DNA of 64,000 nucleotides from an uncultured Gemmatimonadales bacterium (GTDB taxonomy: Bacteria; Gemmatimonadota; Gemmatimonadetes; Gemmatimonadales; GWC2-71-9), in the NCBI GenBank assembly GCA_963795085.1, contig CAWCFX010000001.1, forward strand, positions 1,280,001 through 1,344,000, given 5' to 3'. Below the pieces are notes generated by a model. It did no database searches and was not told the DNA's origin. It saw only the letters and a program-made list of their open reading frames with translations. Shown piece by piece: positions 1 to 11,887 of this stretch. A program made the translations under genes and the position numbers. The stretch's first letter is position 1. The number at the start of each line of letters is the position of its first letter.

Positions 1-1
1 C

Positions 2-172
2 GAGATCCTCAACAGCGATGCCTTTCTCTACGGCGGCAGCGGGCAGGGGAACATGGGCGGGGTGGAAGCGGCGCCGGCGCCGATGCACGGCCGCCCCTGG
101 TCGCTCGCACTCACCCTGCCGCCGCTCAGTGTCATCGCCTTCCACGCTCCTCCGCCGGAGGAGGCGGAATGA
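2..172 (+). CDS. glgB: 1,4-alpha-glucan branching enzyme, C-terminal fragment (starts before the window)
   Basis: Own translation from base 2: [47 protein letters not shown]..., the typical GlgB C-terminus. Its TGA overlaps the treZ ATG (ATGA 169-172). Confidence 0.9.
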   Translation, partial: EILNSDAFLYGGSGQGNMGGVEAAPAPMHGRPWSLALTLPPLSVIAFHAPPPEEAE

Positions 173-2079
173 GGAACACCCGGCCGGGCCACGGTGCCCG
201 GTGGCTGGGCGAGGCGACCCGGTTCCGGGTCTGGGCGCCCGAGGCGCGCGGCGTGGAGCTGGTCCTTGGACCCGAGGACGGCACGACCCGGGTCGCGATG
301 GCCCCGTTGGACGGCGGCTGGTTCGAGCTGCGACGCCCGGACTCACCGCCGGGAACCCGTTACCGGTACTCGATAGACGACGGGTCACCCCTTCCTGATC
401 CTGCCTCCTCGTTTCAGCCCGCGGGCGTGCATGGGCCCTCCGAGGTCGTGGATCATGGCGCCTTCCCGTGGACCGACCAGGACTGGTCCGGAGTGCGGCT
501 CGACGACCTGGTCCTCTACGAACTGCACGTGGGGACCTTCACGCCGGAAGGCACCTTCGGGGCCGCCATCCACCGGCTGCCCTACCTGGCGGAGCTCGGC
601 GTCACCGCGATCGAGTTGATGCCGGTCGCCGATTTTCCGGGCGAACGGAACTGGGGTTACGACGGGGTGGCGCCCTATGCGCCGGCCCGCTGTTACGGGC
701 GCCCCGACGATCTCCGCGCGCTGGTGGACGCTGCCCACGGGGCCGGCCTCGCCGTCCATCTCGACGTGGTGTACAACCACCTGGGACCGGATGGTGCCTA
801 CCAGGGTTCTTACGCCTCGCGCTATTACTCGGTGACCCACCAGACCCCCTGGGGGGCCGCCATCAACTTCGATGGCCCCGACAGCGCGCCGGTGCGCCAG
901 TACGTGGTCGACAACGCCGTGGCCTGGATCCGGGATTATCACATCGACGGCCTCCGGCTCGACGCCACCCACGCCATCATGGACGAGAGTCCCCGCCATA
1001 TCCTGGCCGAGATCGCGGACGCGGTCCACCAGGCCGGCCGGGAGGCGGGCCGGGCGGCGCTGGTGATCGCGGAAGACGCGCGGAACCTCGCCCACCTGGT
1101 GCGTCCGGAAGCCGAGGGCGGATTCGGCCTCGACGCCGTGTGGTCGGATGACTTCCACCACCAGATGCGCCGCCGGCTGGCAGGCGACCGGGACGGGTAC
1201 TTCCAGGATTTCGACGGGACGGCGGCGGATATCGCCGCCACGGTGCGGCAGGGCTGGTTCTACTGCGGCCAGCATTCCGGGTATACCGGCCGCCCCCGGG
1301 GCAGCGATCCGGCGGGCCTGTCGCCCCGTCGCTTCGTGATGTTCCTGCAGAATCATGACCAGGTCGGGAACCGTGCCTACGGCGAGCGGCTGCACCACCA
1401 GGTGGCGCCCTCGGCGTACCGGGCCGCGTCGGTGTTGCTCCTCCTGCTGCCGGAGACGCCACTCCTGTTCATGGGCCAGGAATGGGCGGCCTCCAGCCCC
1501 ATGCTGTTCTTTACCGACCACCACGAGGCGCTGGGGGAGGCGGTGCGCAACGGACGGCGGGCGGAGTTCGCCCGCTTCGCCGCCTTTGCGGATTCCGCGA
1601 CCCGGGCCCGCATCCCGGATCCCCAGGCGGCGAGCACCTTTGCCAACAGCCGTCTCTCCTGGCGCGAACAGGATGAGAAATACCACCGGCAGGTGCTGCT
1701 GCTCTACCGCGCGCTGCTGGCCCTCCGTCGCGGCCACCCCCCGGCGGGATCCGGAGCGGCGGAGGTGGCCGACTGGTCGCCGGACGTGCTGCTGCTGCGC
1801 CGGGAGGGCCCCGGCGGGTCCGGCCTGCTCGCGGTGATTCGGCTGGAGGGGAGCGGGGCGGTGGACCTGGCGGGACACGCGGCGGCACGGCTCGCGCCGG
1901 GGCAGCGGTGGCAACTGGCGCTCTCGACCGGGGACCCGGCGTTCAATGCGGATGGGCCGGCGATCGGGGTGGAAGCCGGTGGGACGGGGCCGGGGGAGAG
2001 CGGGACCGCGCTGGCGCCGGTGATCCACTTCCCAGAGGCGGGCGCGGTGGTGTTCACCACCGGGGCGCACGCCCGCTGA
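169..2079 (+). CDS. treZ: Malto-oligosyltrehalose trehalohydrolase (GH13_10)
   Basis: [46 protein letters not shown] and LFMGQEW motifs; adjacent to treY. Confidence 0.95.
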   Translation: MRNTRPGHGARWLGEATRFRVWAPEARGVELVLGPEDGTTRVAMAPLDGGWFELRRPDSPPGTRYRYSIDDGSPLPDPASSFQPAGVHGPSEVVDHGAFPWTDQDWSGVRLDDLVLYELHVGTFTPEGTFGAAIHRLPYLAELGVTAIELMPVADFPGERNWGYDGVAPYAPARCYGRPDDLRALVDAAHGAGLAVHLDVVYNHLGPDGAYQGSYASRYYSVTHQTPWGAAINFDGPDSAPVRQYVVDNAVAWIRDYHIDGLRLDATHAIMDESPRHILAEIADAVHQAGREAGRAALVIAEDARNLAHLVRPEAEGGFGLDAVWSDDFHHQMRRRLAGDRDGYFQDFDGTAADIAATVRQGWFYCGQHSGYTGRPRGSDPAGLSPRRFVMFLQNHDQVGNRAYGERLHHQVAPSAYRAASVLLLLLPETPLLFMGQEWAASSPMLFFTDHHEALGEAVRNGRRAEFARFAAFADSATRARIPDPQAASTFANSRLSWREQDEKYHRQVLLLYRALLALRRGHPPAGSGAAEVADWSPDVLLLRREGPGGSGLLAVIRLEGSGAVDLAGHAAARLAPGQRWQLALSTGDPAFNADGPAIGVEAGGTGPGESGTALAPVIHFPEAGAVVFTTGAHAR

Positions 2080-2081
2080 CG

Positions 2082-4958
2082 ATGGTCACCGCTCCGCGGC
2101 GGCGTCCGCTCAGCAGCTACCGGTTACAGCTGGGGGCCGGCCTCGATTTCCCGGGTGCCGCCCGGCTGGTTCCCTATCTTGCCGATCTGGGCATCACGGA
2201 ATGCTACTGCTCGCCCATTCTCGCCGCTCGTCCGGGCAGCTCCCACGGCTACGACGTCTGTGACCACCAGCGGCTGAGCGACGAGCTGGGCGGGGAGGTC
2301 GGCTTCGCCGAACTGGCCGGCGCGCTCAAGGCCCACGGCATGGGCCTGCTGGTGGACTTCGTGCCCAACCACATGGCCGCCGACCCGTCGGCCAATGCCT
2401 GGTGGCGCAGTGTCCTGGAGAACGGCCCCTCCTCGCCGTTTGCGGAGTTTTTCGATATTGACTGGGATCCGGTCAAGCCGGAACTCAAGGGGCGGCTGCT
2501 GCTTCCCATCCTGGGTGACCAGTACGGAGTCACCCTGGAGGCCGGGCACCTGCGGCTGGTGCTGGCGCAGGGCACCATCGTTCTCCGGTACTTCGAACAT
2601 GACCTGCCGCTCAACCCGCGCCAGCTGCGGCAAGTCCTGGAGCACGGCCTCTCCGGGCTGCAGGCCGCGCTCCCCCAGGGCGATCCGGACCTGGTGGAGT
2701 TCCAGAGCATCGTCTTTCACCTCGAGCACCTGCCGGCGTACACCACCACGGACCGGGACCGGATCGACGAGCGGCGCCGCGAGAAGCAGGTGGCGATGGG
2801 ACGCCTGGCGGCGCTCCTCGATCATGCCCCGGCGGTCCGCTCCGGGCTGGAACAGAGTATCGCGACCTTCAACGGGGTGCCCGGCGAGCGGCACTCCTTT
2901 GATCTGCTGCACCGGCTGCTGGAGGCACAGCCTTACCGGCTGGCGTCCTGGCGCACCGCCATGCACGAGATCAACTATCGCCGGTTTTTCGACGTGAACG
3001 AACTGGCGGGCCTCCGGCAGGAGGAACCCGCCGTTTTCGAGGCGAGCCACCGGCTGGTGGCCCGGCTGGTGGAGCAGGGCGTGGTCACCGGCATCCGGCT
3101 GGATCATGTGGACGGGCTGTTCGAGCCGGGCGCCTACCTCTCCCGGTTGGCGGCACTCTGGGGCGGGGCCGGCCCGGTCTGGACATTGGTGGAAAAGATC
3201 CTGGCCCCGGGTGAACAGATCAACCCGGAATGGCCGGTACACGGGACCACCGGATATGACTTTCTGAACCAGGTAAACGCCGTCCTGGTGGATCCGCAGG
3301 GTGTCGCGGCGCTGGAGCGGTTCTATGCCCGGTTTACCGGGCAGGACCAGCCGTTCGATGAAGTGGTGTACGCCAGCAAGAAGACCATCATTGCCACGTC
3401 GATGGCCGCCGAGTTGAACGTGCTCGCGGCGGCGCTCAACCGGATTTCCGAAGGCGACCGGCGGTCCCGCGACTTCACGCTGGACAGCCTGCAGGAAGCG
3501 TTGGCGGAAGTGGTGGCCTGTTTCCCGGCCTATCGCACCTACGTGCGGCCGGGCGGATGGGCGCCGGCCGACGAAGCGATGGTGGACCAGGTCATCGCGG
3601 AGGCGCTGCGCCGCAACCCGGCACTGGAACCGACCATCTTCGGCTTTATCCGCTCCATGCTGCTGCCGTCGCCGGCGGCGGCGGCGGATTCCGGCGAGCT
3701 GGACCGGCGGGTGCGCTTTGCCATGAAGTTCCAGCAGTACACCGCCCCGGTGCAGGCTAAAGGGGTGGAAGACACCGCCTTCTACCGCTCCGCACCGCTG
3801 GCCTCGCTCAACGAAGTCGGCGGACACCCGGAAGTACCCGCGGATCCAGTGGCGGCGCTGCATGGCGCCAATGCCGAGCGGCAGCGGCGTGCCCCGCTGA
3901 CTCTGCTCGCCACCGCGACCCACGACACCAAGTGGGGAGAGGACGCCCGGGCGCGGCTGTCGGTGCTTTCGGAGATCCCCCGGCAGTGGCAGGCGCTGGT
4001 TACCCGCTGGCACAAGCTCGCCGCGCCGGCCCTGACCAGGGTGAGCGGGGAGCTGGCTCCCGGCGCCGCCGACGAGTACCGGTTCTACCAGGCGCTGGCC
4101 GCGATCTGGCCGGCTGATGGCGGTCCCGCTGCCGGAGGCGCGCTGCGGGAACGGATCCAGGCGTACATGCGGAAGGCGATGCGGGAGGCCAAGGTCCATA
4201 CCAGTTGGATCAATCCGATGGCGGCGTATGAAAGCGCCACCGACGATTTCGTGGCCACCATGCTGGACGGGCACTGCGCCCCCGGCTTTCTCCGTTCCTT
4301 TGTCCCGGTGGCGCGCCGGCTGGCGTGGCTGGGCATGATCAACTCCATCTCCCAGCTTCTGCTCAAGACGGCCTCGCCCGGGGTCCCCGATGTGTACCAG
4401 GGAACCGAGCTGTGGGACTTGAGCCTGGTGGATCCCGACAATCGGCGGCCGGTGGACTTCGCAGCCCGCCGGGCGCTGCTCGGGGAACTGGATGCGATGC
4501 CCGGTTTGGGCGGGGGGGCCGGCGCGGCCGCCGCCCGGGCCTTGATCGCCGACTGGAAGTCCGGCCGTATCAAGCTGCTCGTGACGGCGGCGGCCCTGCG
4601 GCTTCGGCGCACCCATCCGGCGCGCTTTCTCGAGGGCGAGTACCGGGCGCTTCCGGTGACGGGGGCGCGGGCGGGGCACCTGGTAGCCCTGGCCCGGGGG
4701 CGAGGGGCCGAGTCGGTGCTGGTCGTGGTGCCCCGGCTGCCCGGACTCGCGGGGTGGAAGGACGGGACGCACCTGCCGGTCGGGTCTCGTGCCTGGGAGA
4801 ATACCGCCGTGGCGCTGCCACCGGACCTGGCCCGGGTGGACTGGCGGCACCAGGTCACCGGCGCCGCCGTGCAGGCCGAGAACGGACAACTGGCCGCGGC
4901 CACCGCCCTCGCCGACATTCCGTGGGGCCTGTTTCTCGGCGAAGGCGGGCTGCGCTGA
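2082..4958 (+). CDS. treY: Malto-oligosyltrehalose synthase (GH13_26)
   Basis: SYRLQL, GSSHGYDVCDH, DFVPNHM, INYRRFFDVNEL, RLDHVDGL, THDTK, SLVDPDNRRPVDF. Start set at ATG 2082, just after the treZ stop. Confidence 0.95.
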   Translation: MVTAPRRRPLSSYRLQLGAGLDFPGAARLVPYLADLGITECYCSPILAARPGSSHGYDVCDHQRLSDELGGEVGFAELAGALKAHGMGLLVDFVPNHMAADPSANAWWRSVLENGPSSPFAEFFDIDWDPVKPELKGRLLLPILGDQYGVTLEAGHLRLVLAQGTIVLRYFEHDLPLNPRQLRQVLEHGLSGLQAALPQGDPDLVEFQSIVFHLEHLPAYTTTDRDRIDERRREKQVAMGRLAALLDHAPAVRSGLEQSIATFNGVPGERHSFDLLHRLLEAQPYRLASWRTAMHEINYRRFFDVNELAGLRQEEPAVFEASHRLVARLVEQGVVTGIRLDHVDGLFEPGAYLSRLAALWGGAGPVWTLVEKILAPGEQINPEWPVHGTTGYDFLNQVNAVLVDPQGVAALERFYARFTGQDQPFDEVVYASKKTIIATSMAAELNVLAAALNRISEGDRRSRDFTLDSLQEALAEVVACFPAYRTYVRPGGWAPADEAMVDQVIAEALRRNPALEPTIFGFIRSMLLPSPAAAADSGELDRRVRFAMKFQQYTAPVQAKGVEDTAFYRSAPLASLNEVGGHPEVPADPVAALHGANAERQRRAPLTLLATATHDTKWGEDARARLSVLSEIPRQWQALVTRWHKLAAPALTRVSGELAPGAADEYRFYQALAAIWPADGGPAAGGALRERIQAYMRKAMREAKVHTSWINPMAAYESATDDFVATMLDGHCAPGFLRSFVPVARRLAWLGMINSISQLLLKTASPGVPDVYQGTELWDLSLVDPDNRRPVDFAARRALLGELDAMPGLGGGAGAAAARALIADWKSGRIKLLVTAAALRLRRTHPARFLEGEYRALPVTGARAGHLVALARGRGAESVLVVVPRLPGLAGWKDGTHLPVGSRAWENTAVALPPDLARVDWRHQVTGAAVQAENGQLAAATALADIPWGLFLGEGGLR

Positions 4959-4988
4959 CCTGAAGAATTCTTTCCCAGTGGAGGGGCA

Positions 4989-7900
4989 GTGAGCAGACTA
5001 CCGGGCAGTTCCAGCGATCCGCTGTGGTACAAGGACGCGATCATCTACGAGGTCCACGTCCGCTGTTTCCACGACGCCAACAACGACGGCGTCGGCGATT
5101 TTCGCGGACTGATCCAGAAACTGGATTACCTGCAGGACCTGGGCGTCACCTGCCTCTGGATCCTGCCGTTCTTCCCTTCTCCCCTCCGGGACGATGGGTA
5201 CGATATCGCCCACTATACCAGCGTCCATCCCAGCTACGGCACCCTCGAGGACTTCAAGGAGTTCCTGGACGCGGCCCACGATCGCGGCATGCAGGTGCTG
5301 ATCGAACTGATCATCAACCACACCTCCGACCAGCATCCCTGGTTCCAGGCGGCGCGGCAGGCGCCGCCCGGCTCCCCCGAGCGGGACTACTACGTCTGGA
5401 GCGATACCGACCAGAAGTACGCCGGCACCCGGGTCATCTTCACCGATACTCACACGTCCAACTGGACCTGGGACCCGGTCGCCAAGGCGTATTTCTGGCA
5501 CCGGTTCTTCTCCCATCAGCCCGATCTCAACTTCGATAACCCGGTGGTGGAGCAGGAGGTCATCCGCGTCATGGAGTTCTGGCTCGAGCTCGGCGTGGAC
5601 GCCCTCCGGCTGGACGCGATTCCCTACCTGATCGAGCGGGAGGGGACCAACAACGAGAACCTCCCGGAGACCCACCAGGTCATCAAGCGCCTGCGGGCCG
5701 CGCTGGACGCCCGCTTTTCCGGGCGGCTTCTCCTGGCCGAGGCCAACCAGTGGCCCGCCGAGGTACGGGCCTACTTCGGCGACGAAGACGAGTGCCACAT
5801 GGCGTTTCACTTCCCGCTGATGCCGCGGCTCTTCATGGCGCTCCGGCTGGAGGATCGTCACCCGGTCACCGAGATCATGCGGCAGACCCCGCCGATTCCC
5901 GAGTCCTGCCAGTGGGGCCTCTTTCTCCGGAACCACGACGAGCTGACGCTGGAGATGGTCACCGACGAAGAGCGGGACTACATGTATTTCGCCTACAGCG
6001 CCGATCCCCGGATGCGGGTGAACGTGGGGATCCGGCGGCGGCTGGCGCCGCTGCTGGAGAACGACCGCGACCGGATCGAGCTGCTGCATAGCATCCTGCT
6101 TTCGTTCCCCGGTACCCCGGTGCTGTACTACGGGGACGAGATCGGCATGGGGGACAATATCTACCTGGGCGACCGGCATGGGGTGCGCACCCCCATGCAG
6201 TGGAGCGGAGACCGGAACGCCGGGTTCTCCCGCGCCAACCCCGCCCGGCTCTACAGCCCGGTGGTCATGGACGCGGTCTACGGCTACGAAGCGGTCAACG
6301 TGGAGGCGCGGCAGTCCGAACCGTCCAGCCTGCTCAACTGGATCAAGCACATGATCGGGATCCGGAAGCTGTTCCACGTGTTCGGCCGGGGCAGCACCGA
6401 GTTTCTCGACCCCGCCAACCGCAAGGTGCTGGCCTACCTCCGGCGCTACGAGGGCGAGGTGGTGCTGTGCGTCGCCAACCTCTCCCGCTTCGCGCAGCCG
6501 TTCGAACTGGACCTGGCCTCCGTCACGGGGATGACGCCGGTCGAAATGCGCGGCTACGTGGACTTTCCGAAGATCGGCAGGACCCCCTACCCGCTGACCC
6601 TGGGGCCGTACGGGTTCCTCTGGCTGGAACTGCAGAACCGGGAAGAACCGGCCAGCCCGCTGGTGGCCGAGCCCGCACTGGTGGTCCCGGCGGCCGATCC
6701 GTGGGCGGGATTGCTGCAGGGCAGCATGCGGCGCACCCTGGAAGAACGGTTTCTCCCCGAGTTCCTGCCCCGCCAGCGCTGGTTCGGCGGCAAGGCCCGG
6801 GTCATCACCAGCTGCCGGCTGGAGGACAGCATCCGGCTGACCGATCGCGCGGGGCTGTTGATCCTGAACCTGCAGTATGCCGACGGCAGAGTGGAGCACT
6901 ATCTCGCGGCGCTGGCCATCACCCTGGGCGAAAGGGCGATGAAGCTGCGCGAGGAACACCCCGGCGCCATCGTGGGCAACATCACCGCCGGCAACGAATC
7001 TGGTGTGCTGCACGACGCCCTGTTTTCCGATGATGCCTGCCGGGCCCTGCTGGAACTGGCCCGAACCGCGGGGCGAGTGGAAGGAGAGACAGGCACCGTG
7101 GCCGGAACGCCAAGCCAGGTCCTGCGTGACCAGGAGCCGCCCGGGAACGGATGGCCGGTGTCCCGAATCGGCGGAGAGCAGAGTAACAGCTCGATCATTT
7201 TCGGAGACCAGTTCATCCTGAAAGTTTTTCGCCGGCTGGAGCGGGGTCCCAATCCCGACTGCGAGATCACCCGCTACCTGACCGAGGAACGCAAGTTCCC
7301 CGGGGTGCCCGCCTTTGCCGGGAGCCTGGAATACCTGACGCCGGAGGCGGAATCAGTCACCCTCGGGCTGGTGCAGCGGCTGGTGCCCAACCAGGGTGAC
7401 GGCTGGAAGTGGATGGTCGAGGAACTGGGACGCTACTATGAACGCGTCAAGACCCTCCCCGCGGAAGCGTCTCCCCGAACGCCTCCAGCCCCCGAAGTCG
7501 AGGAACTCCTGGCGGTGTCCAAGGAGGCGGCCGCCTCCCTGGGCCGGCGGACCGGCGCCCTGCACCTGGCGCTCGCCGAGCCCACGACCGACCCTGCCTT
7601 TGCGCCGGTACCGCTGGCCGCCGCGGATGTCCGGGCTCTCGCCGAGCAGATCCAGCAGCATGCCGGCGAGGTGCTCGAGCAGTTGAAGCTCACGCTGCCC
7701 CGCCTCGACAACGACCTGGTCGAACCGGCCAGCCGGGTGATCAGTTACCGCAGCCTGATCCTCTCCCGGATCGGCCGGCTGTCCCACCTCGAGCCGGGCT
7801 CGATCCAGACCCGGGTGCACGGCGACTATCACCTGGGCCAGGTGCTCCGGGCGGGGCAGGAGTTCGTGATCCTGGACTTCGAAGGTGAGCCGGCCCGCAG

Positions 7901-8315
7901 CCTCGCCGACCGGCGCGCCAAGCATTCGCCGCTCAAGGACGTGGCGGGGATGCTCCGATCCTTCAGCTATGCGGCCCGCTTTGGACTCCGCGACAGCGCG
8001 GCCCGGGGCGCCGGCGATCCGGCCCGGCTGGAACCCTGGGCCCGGCTCTGGGAGCAGTCCATCGCCGCCGTCTACCTGGAGGCGTATCAGCGGACCGTCG
8101 CCGGCTCTCCCATCATCCCCTCGGCGCGGGACCAGGCGAGGCACCTGCTCGATGCGTTCCTGCTCGACAAGGCCCTGTACGAGTTGCGCTACGAATTGGG
8201 CAACCGTCCCGCCTGGGTGGGCGTGCCGCTGGAGGGCATCCTGGGACTGGTGGACGCGGGAGAACAGCCCGGGGAAACCGGGCCCCGCCGCGCTAGGTCC
8301 GGGGATGGACCGTGA
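4989..8315 (+). CDS. treS: Trehalose synthase / maltokinase (TreS-Mak/Pep2) fusion
   Basis: N-half: [40 protein letters not shown]-half is kinase-like: [40 protein letters not shown]. Confidence 0.95.
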   Translation: MSRLPGSSSDPLWYKDAIIYEVHVRCFHDANNDGVGDFRGLIQKLDYLQDLGVTCLWILPFFPSPLRDDGYDIAHYTSVHPSYGTLEDFKEFLDAAHDRGMQVLIELIINHTSDQHPWFQAARQAPPGSPERDYYVWSDTDQKYAGTRVIFTDTHTSNWTWDPVAKAYFWHRFFSHQPDLNFDNPVVEQEVIRVMEFWLELGVDALRLDAIPYLIEREGTNNENLPETHQVIKRLRAALDARFSGRLLLAEANQWPAEVRAYFGDEDECHMAFHFPLMPRLFMALRLEDRHPVTEIMRQTPPIPESCQWGLFLRNHDELTLEMVTDEERDYMYFAYSADPRMRVNVGIRRRLAPLLENDRDRIELLHSILLSFPGTPVLYYGDEIGMGDNIYLGDRHGVRTPMQWSGDRNAGFSRANPARLYSPVVMDAVYGYEAVNVEARQSEPSSLLNWIKHMIGIRKLFHVFGRGSTEFLDPANRKVLAYLRRYEGEVVLCVANLSRFAQPFELDLASVTGMTPVEMRGYVDFPKIGRTPYPLTLGPYGFLWLELQNREEPASPLVAEPALVVPAADPWAGLLQGSMRRTLEERFLPEFLPRQRWFGGKARVITSCRLEDSIRLTDRAGLLILNLQYADGRVEHYLAALAITLGERAMKLREEHPGAIVGNITAGNESGVLHDALFSDDACRALLELARTAGRVEGETGTVAGTPSQVLRDQEPPGNGWPVSRIGGEQSNSSIIFGDQFILKVFRRLERGPNPDCEITRYLTEERKFPGVPAFAGSLEYLTPEAESVTLGLVQRLVPNQGDGWKWMVEELGRYYERVKTLPAEASPRTPPAPEVEELLAVSKEAAASLGRRTGALHLALAEPTTDPAFAPVPLAAADVRALAEQIQQHAGEVLEQLKLTLPRLDNDLVEPASRVISYRSLILSRIGRLSHLEPGSIQTRVHGDYHLGQVLRAGQEFVILDFEGEPARSLADRRAKHSPLKDVAGMLRSFSYAARFGLRDSAARGAGDPARLEPWARLWEQSIAAVYLEAYQRTVAGSPIIPSARDQARHLLDAFLLDKALYELRYELGNRPAWVGVPLEGILGLVDAGEQPGETGPRRARSGDGP

Positions 8316-9435
8316 ACCGGGTGAACATGCCCGCCTTGAAATGTCCCGGCATGTGGCAATGCAGGAGCCAGATGCCGGGATTGTCGGGGACCATGTCCGC
8401 CACCGCGGTCATCATCGGGTTCAGCATGATCATGTCCATCCGCATGTGATTGGCCACGACGGTCTGGCCGTGCCAGTGCACGGTGTGGATGTCCCAGGCA
8501 TCCTCTTCATTCGGATTGCTGAAGATGTACCACCGGACCCGCTCGCCTTCCGTCATGCTGAGCATGGGGCCATTGCCCTCCAGGAATCCGTTGATCGCAT
8601 AGAAATGATGAAACCGGTGCACCGCAGCGTCACCGCCCTCGTACTTCGCCGGGTCACCGTAAATCTTGGTGACGTTCTCGCCCCAGTACCAGCTGAGCGG
8701 CTCGTCGAACAGCCCGAAATCGAGCACGAACTCCCGGTCGATGTCGCGGGGTGAGCCATCCTCCCGGGCCATCCCCCGGCGGGTGATAATCATGGGAGCG
8801 ATGAGCCCGGCGTTGATATCGCGGCCCTCGTCCACGTGCGAGTGATAGAGCCAGAAGGCGCTGCTGCCGTCGCCGGACGCGGGGCCGGCGCGTTCCGGAA
8901 CCATCCAGTCGTAGGTATGAGTGCTCCCGGGAGCCACGCTGTCGTCGGCGCGGTCGGGCCCTGTGGTGCTGTCCTGGTAGGCGAATCCCTCCGCGTCCTT
9001 CCGATAGAACACACCGTGCGGATGAAGGTTATACGGCCGGGACGCCCGGTTCCGGAAGACGACCCGGATCGTATCGTCCACCTGGGCGCGCAGCAGGGGG
9101 CCGAGAATACCGAGATGCGCCTGTCCTGCCTCCCGGGGCTTCAGGGTGGTGAACGTCGCGTCGGTGTACTCGAGGAACCGGGCTTTTCGATAGGTGGTCT
9201 GGTTGGGGTCAATGGTGCCCCTGGCGGCGGGGTCGGTCGAGAAATCATCGGGGAGGCCGCTGATGGCGAGGTCGTGGCCGCTGGGCACATACGTCCAGTC
9301 CACCTCCTCCGCGGCGATGTAGTAGGTCCGAGTACGGGGCCTGATTTCGTCGGAGACCAAGGACCGCTGGTGCGCCGCACCGGGCCAGGGAAAGAGCAGG
9401 CAAACGGAAACGGCCACGGCCAGCAGGTGGATCAT
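8293..9435 (-). CDS. Secreted two-domain multicopper oxidase with ceruloplasmin-like N-terminal segment
   Basis: Cu motifs HPH, HSH, HTVHWH and [26 protein letters not shown] segment; hydrophobic signal peptide. Start at ATG 9435 (alternative TTG 9450). Confidence 0.85.
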   Translation of the reverse strand: MIHLLAVAVSVCLLFPWPGAAHQRSLVSDEIRPRTRTYYIAAEEVDWTYVPSGHDLAISGLPDDFSTDPAARGTIDPNQTTYRKARFLEYTDATFTTLKPREAGQAHLGILGPLLRAQVDDTIRVVFRNRASRPYNLHPHGVFYRKDAEGFAYQDSTTGPDRADDSVAPGSTHTYDWMVPERAGPASGDGSSAFWLYHSHVDEGRDINAGLIAPMIITRRGMAREDGSPRDIDREFVLDFGLFDEPLSWYWGENVTKIYGDPAKYEGGDAAVHRFHHFYAINGFLEGNGPMLSMTEGERVRWYIFSNPNEEDAWDIHTVHWHGQTVVANHMRMDMIMLNPMMTAVADMVPDNPGIWLLHCHMPGHFKAGMFTRFTVHPRT

Positions 9436-9548
9436 ACGGCCTCGTTGCAAAGGGATCAGGTCCGTGACCCCGCAATATAATGGTGCCGGTGGTGGCGTTC
9501 GGCGGAGCCGGACGGAGGCGCGGCACCCGGGAAGACGATGCAGGTGGG

Positions 9549-10985
9549 TTAGCGCGACTGCCGCAGGTGATCGCCGAGTCGCAGCGCCAGCGCGATGACG
9601 CTGAGGGTAGGGTTGGCCCAGCCCGCGGTCGGAAAGACCGATGCGCCGGCCACGTAGAGGTTTTCCATCCCGTGGACCCGGCCATCCGGGTCAACTACGC
9701 CGTGTGCCGGATCGCGGTGCATGCGGGTGGTGCCGGCATGATGATGCGCATTGGGGTCAATCGGCCGAGGTTCTTCCGCGACGGCCCCCAAAGCAGAAAG
9801 AGCCGATGCCAGAATGCGGCGCAGCCGCTCGGCCGCGGCCTGCTCCTCCGGCCGCCACCGCCAGGAGAGCACGGGGCGGGGAAGGCCCAGGGAGTCTCGG
9901 GCGGTGCCGAGTTCAATCCGGTTCTCGGGGTGGGGCGCCTGCTCGAGGTTGATGAGGACCCGGTACGCTGGGGGAAGGCGCGTTCTTCGGAGCCTGCTCA
10001 GCATCCGCCGAACTCCTCGCGGTTCTTCCGGCATGACCGGGAGCAGGCTGACCGACGCGTTGGGCAGCGGTTGCCGGGCCAGGTCCTGTCCCAACCCGAT
10101 TCGGCCGGCGATTACGAGGTCCCCGGCGGTGGTCCGCCGCTGGTAGAATCCCATCTCTTCGGGCCGATGGGGGAGCAGCGTAAGGCTGGAATCCCGGGGG
10201 TGTTCCATGAAGCAGCGCCCCGCCCAGGCCGCGCTTTCCCCCGGGGGCAGGGTTTCCTGCCATGCGAGGAGGAGCCTCGCATTCTCGACCGCTCCCGCCG
10301 CCAGGACCAGGACCTGGGGCCGGACGGTGAATGCGCCGCCGGTCCCGCTCCGCACGTGCACTGCCAGCACCCGGCGACGATCGGGTCCGGTGTCCACCCG
10401 GCATCCCGTGGCGTGTGTGAGAACGCGCACGTTGGCGGCCCTCCGAAGGGCGCGGTATGTTTGGGCGAACGGGCCGGTGGTGCCGAACTGGTAGACCTGG
10501 TGCGTGATTCCTTCGCCCAGGTCAGCCGGCTGCCCCAGTTCGGCCTGCCAGTCCGCCGCGTCATACCGGAAGGGTCCCAGCCCCGCCAGCGCCTGGGCCC
10601 GGACATACCAGGGCAGCAACTCGGTAAAATCGAACGGCCACTGTACCATGGGGCGGCCGGTGCGGGCCAGGTCCCTGGGATCGAGCGGCGCGTACTTGCC
10701 TCCGGTCCGGCCGTGAACCAGCGTGTTCCAGATATTGGTGGTTCCGAGGACCTGGCGGTGCCGAGTCACTCGGAGGCCATCGTAGGGGTCGCCGATCACG
10801 GAACCTTCGTTCAGGTCCTGCCCGGCCCGGTCCAGGCGGGTGCCACCGCTCTCCAGCACGATTACGTCAACGCCGGATCTCATGAACTCACTCGCGACGG
10901 TCAACCCGGCCGGTCCGGCGCCCACGATGCAGAGGGCGGTTTCCAGCGTGGTGCCCGGGGCGAGCGTACGTGCGTCGCGTTCCAC
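9549..10985 (-). CDS. GMC-family FAD-dependent oxidoreductase
   Basis: IVGAGPAG dinucleotide motif, LAAGAVENARLLL, GRCFMEHP, HHAGTTRM, NLYVAGASVFPT...NPTL. Confidence 0.9.
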   Translation of the reverse strand: MERDARTLAPGTTLETALCIVGAGPAGLTVASEFMRSGVDVIVLESGGTRLDRAGQDLNEGSVIGDPYDGLRVTRHRQVLGTTNIWNTLVHGRTGGKYAPLDPRDLARTGRPMVQWPFDFTELLPWYVRAQALAGLGPFRYDAADWQAELGQPADLGEGITHQVYQFGTTGPFAQTYRALRRAANVRVLTHATGCRVDTGPDRRRVLAVHVRSGTGGAFTVRPQVLVLAAGAVENARLLLAWQETLPPGESAAWAGRCFMEHPRDSSLTLLPHRPEEMGFYQRRTTAGDLVIAGRIGLGQDLARQPLPNASVSLLPVMPEEPRGVRRMLSRLRRTRLPPAYRVLINLEQAPHPENRIELGTARDSLGLPRPVLSWRWRPEEQAAAERLRRILASALSALGAVAEEPRPIDPNAHHHAGTTRMHRDPAHGVVDPDGRVHGMENLYVAGASVFPTAGWANPTLSVIALALRLGDHLRQSR

Positions 10986-10999
10986 TGGGGCGCTGTCCT

Positions 11000-11887
11000 T
11001 TGCGTGATGTGTCGGTGATCGTGCCGACCCGGGCGCTGGCGGCCCGGGCGGACCTGACGCGCCGCGCGCTGGCGACGATCCTGGACCAGCAAGGGGTGAG
11101 TGTCGCCACCATCGTGGTGGTGAACGGCGCCGACCGGGATCCCCGCCTGATACGCGACCTGGAATCCGATCCCCGGCTTACGATGGTCTTTCGCGACCGG
11201 GCTCACCTGCCGCACGCCCTCCGGGCCGGCCGGGAACGGGTCACGACGACCTACGTGACGACCCTGGACGATGACGACGAACTGTTGCCGGGCGCCCTGT
11301 CCACCCGGGTTGCCGCCCTTGAGGCGAACGCCGACTGGGATGCGGTGGTGTCCAATGGCTTCATCCGGAACGGCGAGAGCCAGGTCCTCAAGTTTTCCGA
11401 CCTGGCCGCCCTTCGCCGCGACCCGGTGCGATCCATGATGCGGCGCAACTGGCTGCTGCCGGGGGCCTGGCTGGCCCGCACCAGCGCCCTCCCGGCGGGC
11501 GTGTTCGAGGCCATGCCGGAGTTCCTGGAATGCACGTACCTGGGATACTGGCTGGCGCTCTGCTCCCGACTCGGGTTTCTCGAAGCAGCCACCCTCGTCT
11601 GGGGTAAAGATACCCCGCTCTCGGCGTCGAAGTCGCGGGCCTATGTCCTGGGCCAGGCCGCGGCGCACCGCCAGCTCCTCAACCTTCCCCTGCCGCCGGA
11701 CGTGCGGGCCAACATCAGCCGGCGGGTCGGCGCCGCGTGTCATGGCGCCTCCCGACGCTGCCTCCGCGAGGGAGGCTACCGGGAGGCCTGGACCTGGCAC
11801 GTCCGGTCGCTCCGGGAGCCCGGCGGCTGGCGCTGGCTTCCTTACACCCTGCGGCTGATCCACCCATTCGGAAACCGGCACGCGTGA
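11000..11887 (+). CDS. Glycosyltransferase family 2
   Basis: VSVIVPT, IVVVNG and TLDDDD (DxD) motifs. Start uncertain (TTG 11000 or GTG 11009). Confidence 0.8.
   Translation: MRDVSVIVPTRALAARADLTRRALATILDQQGVSVATIVVVNGADRDPRLIRDLESDPRLTMVFRDRAHLPHALRAGRERVTTTYVTTLDDDDELLPGALSTRVAALEANADWDAVVSNGFIRNGESQVLKFSDLAALRRDPVRSMMRRNWLLPGAWLARTSALPAGVFEAMPEFLECTYLGYWLALCSRLGFLEAATLVWGKDTPLSASKSRAYVLGQAAAHRQLLNLPLPPDVRANISRRVGAACHGASRRCLREGGYREAWTWHVRSLREPGGWRWLPYTLRLIHPFGNRHA

Noticed and set aside
385..7013. Long antisense ORFs (561, 921 and 671 aa) opposite treZ, treY and treS
   Set aside because: Shadow frames caused by high-GC codon bias. They have no motifs and fully overlap well-supported genes.
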